Assembly: GCA_005191425.1 (NCBI GenBank)
Contig: SUPR01000039.1
Span: 1 to 29,030 of the forward strand
Direction: 5' to 3'
Source of the DNA: Candidatus Helarchaeota ASGARD archaeon Hel_GB_B
Lineage (GTDB): Archaea > Asgardarchaeota > Lokiarchaeia > Helarchaeales > HEL-GB-B
Length of the DNA stretch: 29,030 bases
Both the position numbers and the translations under genes were made by a program. Shown one piece after another: positions 8,587-17,126 of the stretch. Under the pieces are notes generated by a model, which did no database searches, was not told where the DNA came from, and saw only the letters and a list, made by a program, of their open reading frames with translations. Each line of letters starts with the position of its first letter. The first letter of the stretch is position 1.

Positions 8587-8823
8587 TTATAATTTTTCTA
8601 AATCTTCAAGTCTAATTGTTTTTCTTTTTATATTACCCTTTTTGGCCCCTCTAGACCATTTTGGTAAAGTATCAATAATTTCATTAATTTTTTCATAAAC
8701 AGCCTTATTAAGTATTTGGACAATTTTTGGTTTAGCTTCAGCCGAAATTCTAATTTCTTTTTCTCTAAATGTACTAACAATTTTGGATATTCTAATATAG
8801 TCAGGTATTTCTTCATTGATCAT
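8587..8823 (-). CDS. Histone-fold protein (short alpha3, basic insertion before loop L2)
   Basis: 78 aa, basic. RISAEA matches histone L1/alpha2 start (HMf RVSDDA), and RKTIRLED matches the L2 RKTxxxxD motif. Confidence 0.8.
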   Translation of the reverse strand: MINEEIPDYIRISKIVSTFREKEIRISAEAKPKIVQILNKAVYEKINEIIDTLPKWSRGAKKGNIKRKTIRLEDLEKL

Positions 8824-9067
8824 ATTATTTCATCTTCAATTTTTACGAAATTATTTTTTAATAATAGAAAACATTTGTAATAATAGTTATAATAACAATT
8901 TAATATAAATTAATTTACTCTTTTATTCTATCTTTTTTTTAAAATTTTCTATTTTATTATGATAAATTTTAGAAAAATAAAGATCAATTAATATTAAATT
9001 AAATAGAAAATGTGGGAAACGTAAAGATGGTATTAATATTTTTAAATTGAAAGAATATGGATAATTC

Positions 9068-12000
9068 TTAATTGATCCTTGCTTTTTTTTCTTTATAATG
9101 TTTAACAAATACAAAAGTAAAGGCAGCAATAATCGAAATAGTGGGTATTAGCACGCCAAGGAGGACATTATGAGTAATGGGTATAAGTGTGGAACCAATA
9201 GTAATTGTTGTTGCAATAAAAGCAAGGACACTCTGCCATTTTCTTAATAATTTACTTAATTTCTTAAAAAAAGAATCCGGTTCAATTAATATGTGTGATT
9301 TTCTATCTTCATCGGAAACAAATTCAGAAAATTTATATTCATTAGTCGCCGGGTCTATAATTCCGCCCAGTTTTTCGGAAGCTATAAGGTGGACGACTCT
9401 ATTTTTAACATGACTTTTTGGCACTTTGAGATTGCTACTGATCAGTCCTAAATCAATACTGACAGTACCGTAAGCGGTCTTTAAATTCTCAATATTTTTT
9501 ATTATAATTTCATCTTCCAGCATTTGGTATGATTGTTCAAATAGGTCTTTTAGACTTCCTAAATCTTTTTTAAACTTGTTAATATGGATTTCTGCCAATC
9601 TTTTAAAATCCATGCTGGACTGTTCGGAAACTTCTTTAACAAAATTATTGATTTCTTTAAGCGAATCTTTTACTGCGGTCTGAAAAACAGGTATCATATT
9701 GAGCAACTTTTTTTGGGCGAATTTCAAGTCAATTGAAATTTCGGGGAAAATAGTTTCTTCCATAGTTTCTCTAATTTTTTTAATTTCTTGGATTTTTGAG
9801 TTAATCAATTTTTCAAGTTCTTTTTCTTTTTCAGATAATAAGATATTTTTTATTTTATCCTCAATAGAATTTTTTGTGATAATGATTTGTTCATATAACA
9901 ATTCTTGCTTTTCTTTCCAGTTATCTATTAAATCACTGACCAGCATTTTGTAATATTTATTATCCTCCTTTTGGATGCTTTCTGCGATAGACATATCTAT
10001 TTCTTTTATAGAATTTATCAGGTTTTGAGTTCTAGTTTCAATTAAAGTTTTTGCTTTTCGGAGTTCTTTTTTTTCGATTAATTGTTCAATAGGTTTAGTG
10101 AATTCATTAATTTTTATTTTAAAAGTAGCGATAGAATCATTAATTAATTCCTTTAAGTCCAATCTTTTCTTTAATGTGTTATTTATTGTATTAAGGTTTT
10201 CTTGGAGTTCAGACCTAAAATTTTTCCATGTTTCAAGAATAATTTTAATGTCTACAGAATCCTTTTGGAGGTTTTTTACTTCATTTTTTATGATAGAGTC
10301 GTAATTGTTTGATTCAGCATAAATTTTCTTTATTTCACTAAAAATTTCAGAAGTAGCGGATTCCATTTGTCTTTTTTTACAGGATTTTAGATAGAAATTA
10401 TTAATGCTTTTGTTTTGAGCATTTAATTTATTTAAATATTTATTAATTTTATATTCAAAATCAATTATTTCCCTTCTTTCTGGAGTATATATTACTACTT
10501 CATCCTTATCAGAAAAATATTCGCCATCTGCAGTCCCTGATGTAATGATGTCTTTAATTCTTTTTCTAATTTCTCCAATTTTTTTGTTTAAAATTTCTTT
10601 CAATAGTTCTAATTTGACCCTTCCTTTTGGATAAAATTTTTGGTTTAGGATTATAGTTTTAATGATAATCTTGTCTAACAAATTACTATAAATTAGTTCT
10701 ATTTTGTCCTTCATATTATTTTTGAATGAATTCCATTTAAATACTTGGACATTTGCAGTATCAGTAAAATTAGGAAATTCAGATGTTGCAGATTTTAAAG
10801 ATTTATTGAACTGTTGATTATATGTAATTAGCATAGATTTTAAATAATTAAATTTATTTTCAAGTTCTTTAATTAGAAGGTCGATATTAACTTCTTTTTC
10901 AATCAAATCATCAATTGACTTCTTAAAATCATCGACCATGGTTTTAAATTCTGCGATATTTTTTTCAACTTGGTCATTAATTTTGTCTCTAAGGTTTAAT
11001 TCCTTTTGAGAGACGATCTTTTTTTCCAGGTCTTTTTTTAGGTTTACTACTTGGTTTTGCATTTGGACAATAATTTCATTTAACCAATAGTCCATTACAT
11101 CGTCAACAACATAATCAAATTTATCAATTAGATTAGACGTGTCTTTAATAAAATCTAAAATATATTTGTTAGTATTTTCCATAAATTTCAGTGCTTCTTT
11201 AGCTTTATCTTTAAGAATTCCAGCGGCAGCTTCAAAATTTTTAGCCGAAATATTTTTTTCGATTAGGGTTTCGACATTTTTAATTAATTCATCAAATTCC
11301 GATTTTTTATTTTGAATTATGTCTTTTAATTCGTCTCTTTTAAATAGTTTTGATTTTATTTCTGACAAAGTTTTTAATGAATAAGTCCTTTTATTAAGGA
11401 ATTCTCTTTCTAGCCATTTATGCAATGGTTCAAATTTAACGCCTGAAATTTCCATGTTTTCCATTAATTTGGCATTTTCTACTATTTTATTCAGTAATTC
11501 TACTTGAGTTTTTAGATTTGGAGTTAGTTGTTCTATTTCAGAGATGATTTTATCTACAGTATTGATAATTTCCTTTTTATTTTTTTCAAGAGTTTGCTCT
11601 TCGATTGATTTATAAAAAAAGTTTGTGATATCTTCCACTGAATTTTTAATTCCTTTAAGGTTTTTTTCGACAAAATCTTGAAAATCTTCAAGGTCTTTAA
11701 GAGCTTTTAAGGAAGCTTCTTTATCTTTAATTTTTAACTTAAGTTCTTTCCTAAGTTTATTTAATTCGATTCTAGTTTTTTCCAGGGTTTCAGACCAATT
11801 TTTTTCAATTTCTCTAATATAATTTTTACTTAAATATTTATATTTAGAAAATTTATTTTGGATTTCAGTATTTGATTTATTAATAAATTCCAACGCGGAT
11901 TTATATTCTTCTTCTAAATGTAAATTTGCTGCTACTACTTTATCGCAGCTGATCATATTGAAAATCTTGTTATAGATATCAGTAGGTATTTTATTCATTT

Positions 12001-13396
12001 TCTTTAGAATTTCATTAATTTCTTGTTCATCAATAGGAAATTGTTCGCGCTCTTCAATTACTTCAAAATAAGGGATGGAATTTTTAGGTCCGACTCTTTT
12101 TAGTCCCTTTTTTGGCATATAACCTCTAAATATATATTGCTCTTTTCTTAGAAATCTACCAACACTTTCAATTTTACCGATTATTATTTTTTTTTCAATC
12201 ATCATTTTTGTAATTTCGATGACTGAAGCAGATTTTATTCGAGTTGCATATTCTGTCAGGTTCAGGCGGTTATCTTTTTTTATCTTTTTAATAATTTCCT
12301 CGGCGAGTATCTGTTTTGTCCTACTTAGAGTCCTTAAAAATTCATTATAATGGTCTTGATTATCAATGATAGATGCATGAAACCATGATTTATCTTGTAA
12401 TTCCTTTACGATCAAATCAATTATATCTTCTTTTACAAAATAATTTTCATTAAGTTCCTTATAAAAGATCAATCCTTTTTCATATAACTGTTTAAGGATT
12501 TCTGCTTTTATATTCTCAGTCAAATCGTCGTAAATTATGGATATAGTCAATGTTGCATAACAATAGTCCTTTAAATCCATATCATAGAAAGATACGCTAT
12601 CATCTTTTTTATTATAAATTGATCTAATAAATTCCAAAATTCTGCCAAGATTTCTTGAATTTTTAAGCCAGTTTAAGCCAGAATATAATGTTATAATCCA
12701 AAAACTATCAGAAATTGAAGGTAAATTCCCTGAAAATTTAAATCCACCTGTATCATCCTCGAGCTCTAATAATTGATTTAAATAAAATTCATCTATTGAC
12801 TCTTTATCTCCCATTAAAAGTTTACTAAGCATACAATATATTAAATCATAATTTCTTTTAATTACTTTAACGTTCAATAATTTTCTATATTTTTCAATAT
12901 TGAGTTTTTCTTTTCGGTCTAATAATATTAATGTTGCAATACCATAAAATATTGATTCATAATTACTTTTACCTCCGCATTCAGGACAAGAGCTGTCAAA
13001 GCAATGAACAAATCCATTATTAGTTTCGTAGCTTAAAACTGAATTTGCAAATCCATCAATAGTTTTGTTTGAGTACTCTTTTAATCTGCCTAGAATTTTG
13101 AGTGAAGCTAAAGCACAGAATAAAGTTTTTAAATCGTCCTTTTTATATTCTTGGTTAAAGAATTTAAACCCTTTTAAATTATCTAAAATTAATTTTTCTA
13201 CCCTATTTGTATCAATTAAATTGAGTTTTTTGACTGAATCAAGGGCAAATATACACCAAAATGCATCTTGAATTGTTTGTATTTGGTTTAATTGGAATGC
13301 ATGAATGATTTCAGCTTGAATTTCCATAATATCCTTAGTAAAAGGATATATCCTTTTTGTATATCTCCAAAAAGGTAAAATTTTATTTCCCATCAT
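9068..13396 (-). CDS. Giant membrane-anchored helical-repeat protein: prenyltransferase/squalene-oxidase-repeat-like barrel, winged-helix (PCI-like) modules, ~7 helical repeats and 2 C-terminal TM helices
   Basis: 1442 aa ORF with AGGTG RBS. N-terminal alpha-barrel-like repeats (DAFWCIFALDSV, TLFCALASLKILG, EDDTGGF, SDSFW), long Lys/Glu/Ile/Leu amphipathic helices, PCI-like LIASEKLGGIIDPATNEYKF and two terminal hydrophobic helices. The CDS is secure; domain calls are by eye. Confidence 0.85.
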   Translation of the reverse strand: MMGNKILPFWRYTKRIYPFTKDIMEIQAEIIHAFQLNQIQTIQDAFWCIFALDSVKKLNLIDTNRVEKLILDNLKGFKFFNQEYKKDDLKTLFCALASLKILGRLKEYSNKTIDGFANSVLSYETNNGFVHCFDSSCPECGGKSNYESIFYGIATLILLDRKEKLNIEKYRKLLNVKVIKRNYDLIYCMLSKLLMGDKESIDEFYLNQLLELEDDTGGFKFSGNLPSISDSFWIITLYSGLNWLKNSRNLGRILEFIRSIYNKKDDSVSFYDMDLKDYCYATLTISIIYDDLTENIKAEILKQLYEKGLIFYKELNENYFVKEDIIDLIVKELQDKSWFHASIIDNQDHYNEFLRTLSRTKQILAEEIIKKIKKDNRLNLTEYATRIKSASVIEITKMMIEKKIIIGKIESVGRFLRKEQYIFRGYMPKKGLKRVGPKNSIPYFEVIEEREQFPIDEQEINEILKKMNKIPTDIYNKIFNMISCDKVVAANLHLEEEYKSALEFINKSNTEIQNKFSKYKYLSKNYIREIEKNWSETLEKTRIELNKLRKELKLKIKDKEASLKALKDLEDFQDFVEKNLKGIKNSVEDITNFFYKSIEEQTLEKNKKEIINTVDKIISEIEQLTPNLKTQVELLNKIVENAKLMENMEISGVKFEPLHKWLEREFLNKRTYSLKTLSEIKSKLFKRDELKDIIQNKKSEFDELIKNVETLIEKNISAKNFEAAAGILKDKAKEALKFMENTNKYILDFIKDTSNLIDKFDYVVDDVMDYWLNEIIVQMQNQVVNLKKDLEKKIVSQKELNLRDKINDQVEKNIAEFKTMVDDFKKSIDDLIEKEVNIDLLIKELENKFNYLKSMLITYNQQFNKSLKSATSEFPNFTDTANVQVFKWNSFKNNMKDKIELIYSNLLDKIIIKTIILNQKFYPKGRVKLELLKEILNKKIGEIRKRIKDIITSGTADGEYFSDKDEVVIYTPERREIIDFEYKINKYLNKLNAQNKSINNFYLKSCKKRQMESATSEIFSEIKKIYAESNNYDSIIKNEVKNLQKDSVDIKIILETWKNFRSELQENLNTINNTLKKRLDLKELINDSIATFKIKINEFTKPIEQLIEKKELRKAKTLIETRTQNLINSIKEIDMSIAESIQKEDNKYYKMLVSDLIDNWKEKQELLYEQIIITKNSIEDKIKNILLSEKEKELEKLINSKIQEIKKIRETMEETIFPEISIDLKFAQKKLLNMIPVFQTAVKDSLKEINNFVKEVSEQSSMDFKRLAEIHINKFKKDLGSLKDLFEQSYQMLEDEIIIKNIENLKTAYGTVSIDLGLISSNLKVPKSHVKNRVVHLIASEKLGGIIDPATNEYKFSEFVSDEDRKSHILIEPDSFFKKLSKLLRKWQSVLAFIATTITIGSTLIPITHNVLLGVLIPTISIIAAFTFVFVKHYKEKKARIN

Positions 13397-13538
13397 TCAT
13401 GCACCTAAGTTTTTAATTTTTATAATTTATGACAATATAACTTAATTCACTGAAAAATAAAATACTTGTGAATTTAAAGCAATCTGGAATTTTTATTAAT
13501 TGTTTCAAAGAGGTTTTTATTTAAGAATTGTGCAGTTA

Positions 13539-14816
13539 TTATACATCAATTAAAATATCTTTACTATTTGGAATTATATAAATGGATTTAACCCCTTTAT
13601 TTTTAATGATTTTATTAATTTTTATATTTAATTCTTTTTCATTTTTTATATAATTTAATTGGAACTTATTTATAACTTCATCTTTAGGTAAGTTGGAATA
13701 AAGATATATATTAGGAGTCTGTTTTTTTGCTAGCAACAAATAATAAACTTTATGTCCTCCCATCTTGAAGTTAGTTTGGACTTGGGCAGACACTTTTTCA
13801 AAGGTGTTATATTTTATCATCCATTCATTAAAAACTTTATGTCCCACACCTTCTTTACATTCCGCGAGAAAAAATATATAACCGTTATTTTTCACAGCTC
13901 TTCTGCAATGTTCTATTCCTTTTAAAGCTTGATATAAGTTAATATCCTTGGGATATCCACCTGCACTTATAATAATCATATCTGCTTTTGAATTTAACTT
14001 TATTCTATAATTTTTATCATAAATTTTCACTGCTTCCAAAAAGGCGTCGCCCAATGCGCCTGCCTTTATGTCTAATATTTGGTCATCCACTGTTTTAACA
14101 ACATTAACGACAAAGTCCACGCCTGCGCGTTTTGCGGCTTCCATCATATCTAGGTGAACTGGATTATTTTCTAAATTCCCTGTAAATGAGTTTGGGTCAA
14201 CTAACATAGCGTGGTTCCGATTAATTGACTTTTGTGAAGAAACACCTGGAAGGACTGATTTTCTATCTCCACCAAAACCTGCATAATAATGATATTCTAC
14301 ATCTGTCAGTAAAATTCGGACATCTGCATTTAAATATTCCTCATTTATTTCAATTGGAGTCCCGCGTTTTGTCTCGCCCAAAAATCTAAATTTAGATTCA
14401 TTAATATTATTAAAAGAGAAATTATAGCCGTCCAAAATGTTTTTACCATTTATAGTAAAAAGAGCATTTAAATGATCTAGAGTAGGTTCACTATGAGTAC
14501 CACACCCCATAATAAACGATATATTTTTCTTCTCAATACCCAATTGGTCTAATTTTTCTAATATTGGTGGGATAATCATTCGATTTGGGAATTTTCTGGT
14601 ATAATCATCAATTACAAAAACAATCTTTTTATTTTCTCCGGACACAATCTCTGAAAATGGTTTTGAATTAATTGGATATTCTAATGCATTTTCCAATAAT
14701 CTTAAATAATCGTCAACCGGCTTTACCTTTTTAGGGTTTATTTTATCGACTCTAATATTCTCTATTTCAATGGATATTTCCAGCTCTCTATTGCCAAATG
14801 GTATTTTGTATTTCAT
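13539..14816 (-). CDS. larA: LarA-family nickel-pincer-nucleotide-dependent 2-hydroxy acid racemase/epimerase
   Basis: DDYTR, GCGTH, HYYAGFGGDRK, NH, GGYPKDINLYQALKG. These match the conserved LarA Asp/Arg, His, His/Lys, His and Gln/Lys positions. Substrate not determined. Confidence 0.9.
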   Translation of the reverse strand: MKYKIPFGNRELEISIEIENIRVDKINPKKVKPVDDYLRLLENALEYPINSKPFSEIVSGENKKIVFVIDDYTRKFPNRMIIPPILEKLDQLGIEKKNISFIMGCGTHSEPTLDHLNALFTINGKNILDGYNFSFNNINESKFRFLGETKRGTPIEINEEYLNADVRILLTDVEYHYYAGFGGDRKSVLPGVSSQKSINRNHAMLVDPNSFTGNLENNPVHLDMMEAAKRAGVDFVVNVVKTVDDQILDIKAGALGDAFLEAVKIYDKNYRIKLNSKADMIIISAGGYPKDINLYQALKGIEHCRRAVKNNGYIFFLAECKEGVGHKVFNEWMIKYNTFEKVSAQVQTNFKMGGHKVYYLLLAKKQTPNIYLYSNLPKDEVINKFQLNYIKNEKELNIKINKIIKNKGVKSIYIIPNSKDILIDV

Positions 14817-15168
14817 TTTGATCTAAATAAATTTTTAATATAATTTCCTAAGTTTGACAATTCCTATATTTTAATAAATCGACATAAATCTTCATAAAAT
14901 AATTGGAGCCCTTTATAAAATATATATCTATGGTTATTTAGTTGATATTTTGGATTAAGCTGATTATTTTTTGTTGAATATATATTTTTAACTATTTCAA
15001 AGATTCTAAGTTTTTTTCCAAATTTTTTACTACTCTAGACCTATTTTTTATTACATTTTACTTTTAGTCGAGTTTTTACATTACATTTTACTTTTTTTCT
15101 TCTATTTTAGCGGTGTGTTACGGAGAGGATATTCACTTTTATATTAATTATTTTACACCAAAATTCTC

Positions 15169-16551
15169 ATGGACTATATTGACGATAAACCTTATATTAT
15201 TACCAAATTGCTAGCCCTAGACTTATCTAATATTTCATGTCCCAGGTGCAACTCTACTGATATCATTCGAGTTAACTCATATCCTTAAATTATCAAGGAA
15301 TTGGCCTCCAAAACTCGTAGAAAATTTGTGGAATTCGAAAGTATTTACCTTAAGTGAAAGTCATGTCTCTCGATTTTTCAAGTAGTACGAGACAAGATAA
15401 TCAGATGTCTATCAATTACCGGAGATGTACTTGATACAATATTGCTATTATACTATGATTTTGAGAATTCTGCCGAAAAGATAGTAAAATTAATGGAATA
15501 GTTATATTCTGTCAAGTTGAAGAGGAGTTCGGTATTAAAATGGATAAAAATTTATGGTACTGAGTATTGCCAGAAAAATAATACGGTGTTATGTGAAAAT
15601 TCTGAGGTCGTAAGTGGTCATTTCGGAACTGATGGGACATTTCCAAAATTAAAATTTCTTTCAGATACTGACTTGAAGGGCAAATATAGAGAAAAAAAAT
15701 GGATGTGCCTTGGTTATATCTGACAGAATTACAGGACGGGAGCTTATGTGCTATTTGGGAAGAGGTGAAGACCAACAAGAAATAGAAAAATTTCTTGTCC
15801 TTTTTAAAAAAAAGCTGGGTGCACAGCCGAAGTCTATCGTTGTCGATTATAAACCTGCCTGGGATGTTGCTATTAGGCGTGTTTTTCCAAATACTATGAT
15901 AATTAGGGACGGGCTTCACACTGTACAACTGATAAGCCGAGCAATACTAAAAACATACAAAAATTAACGAAACAGATATATTCAGTACTAATTAAAGATA
16001 CTATCAAATTATAATAACTTATTAAAAAGGATGATTGGTCTGGTAATATTAATAAATTTAATTCTATAAATGGACTTATTAAGGAATTTAAATATTATTA
16101 TCAAATACTCGTTAAATTATATAAAAAAGAAAGATTAATTGAATTTAAACATGGACTTAATAATATATTGAATAAATTATTGGACTTAAATTCTGAATAT
16201 TCTATATTATTACATAATGAATTGATAAGCGGGCTTCTCCTAATGGTTTAACTGAAAAAAATTTAAAATATTATAAGGTTAAGCTTAAGGCATCTCTGTC
16301 AAAAGTAATGAGGGACTTTAGACGCCAATTAGAGGTGGAAAAAAAATGTAAAAGAAATACTCAATTTCAGGCTTATAATTCACGGAAAAAATAAAGGGAT
16401 AATTCATCAAAAAATAGGGTCAAGTCCGGAATATTCAATGAGAAAAATAAAAAAGGTGGCTATGAATAGATATGGATTGAGATTAAGAAATACTACGCAA
16501 TTATATCTGGAAAATCAATTAAAATGCTCTGTAATTGTAGCACAAACTTAA
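15169..16551 (+). pseudogene. Decayed ISL3-like DDE transposase
   Basis: From ATG 15169 one frame gives the zinc finger CPRC...K*KSC and an HTH (KRSSVLKWIK) through stops at 15286, 15355 and 15499, then FGTDGT. After a frameshift at A8 (15692-15699) come IVVDYKPAW...VFP...RDGLH and, after more lesions, PEYSMRKIKKVAMNRYGLR (ISL3-like E..N.KIK...R.YGFR). Confidence 0.8.
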
Positions 16552-17126
16552 AAAAATTTAAATAACTTATTAACAAAAATTTATCAGCTTACTCTAATCG
16601 CAATTGTGATTTTGAAAAAAATATTTTGTATTCGCTTTTTTCTTAAATTTAATGGCCAATATAATAAAGTTTTTAATAAAAGTTAATAGACCAATAATTT
16701 TTAAGGTATCTGTAGAATATAATCATATTTCTTAATTAATTTTTTAAATAATATTATCAATAATTCTTATAATTGTCTAATTATAGTCAATCTTAATGAT
16801 TTTTTATGAATTATTCAAGTAAAAGCGACATATTTCTCTATATTCTCTAAATAATTAAAATTTGTGTTTATTCAATAATTTTATTGCTTTAACAAAAACG
16901 AAATTGATCAAAACAATTTCTTATTATAATTTTTGAAAAATGGAAAATAAAATAATTATACATAAATTTATCATATAAATTAAAAGAATTTTATAGTTAG
17001 AATTACTTTAAAAGATGATTTTAATATAATTTTAAAATAGAATCAATTATTTTTAAAATCAACATAATTTGATAATGTATTTTCTAAAATTTTTATATAA
17101 TATTATTAGGCATCATATTATTTGAG

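Noticed and set aside
8628-13271. Short track ORFs 8628..8816, 8923..9129, 9177..9413, 9699..9953, 10098..10304 and 13065..13271
   Set aside because: Shadows of the histone and giant genes, or AT-rich intergenic readthrough.
9068-13396. SMC/Rad50 or dynamin-like identity for the giant protein
   Set aside because: No Walker A/B, ABC signature or GTPase motif found.
15044-15095. Imperfect 30-bp tandem duplication around TTACATTTTACTTTT
   Set aside because: Only two low-complexity copies. Not a CRISPR array and no evident function.
15512-15928. 138-aa track ORF on - strand
   Set aside because: Antisense to the transposase relic.
16596-16611. Near-palindrome AATCGCAATTGTGATT after the transposase relic
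   Set aside because: A single short instance that could be chance. No supporting copies.
15105-16850. Terminal inverted repeats for the ISL3-like relic (GAGAGGATATTCACTTTT near 15123 against the reverse complement near 16820-16840)
   Set aside because: The match is short and gapped in AT-rich DNA and no TSD is evident.
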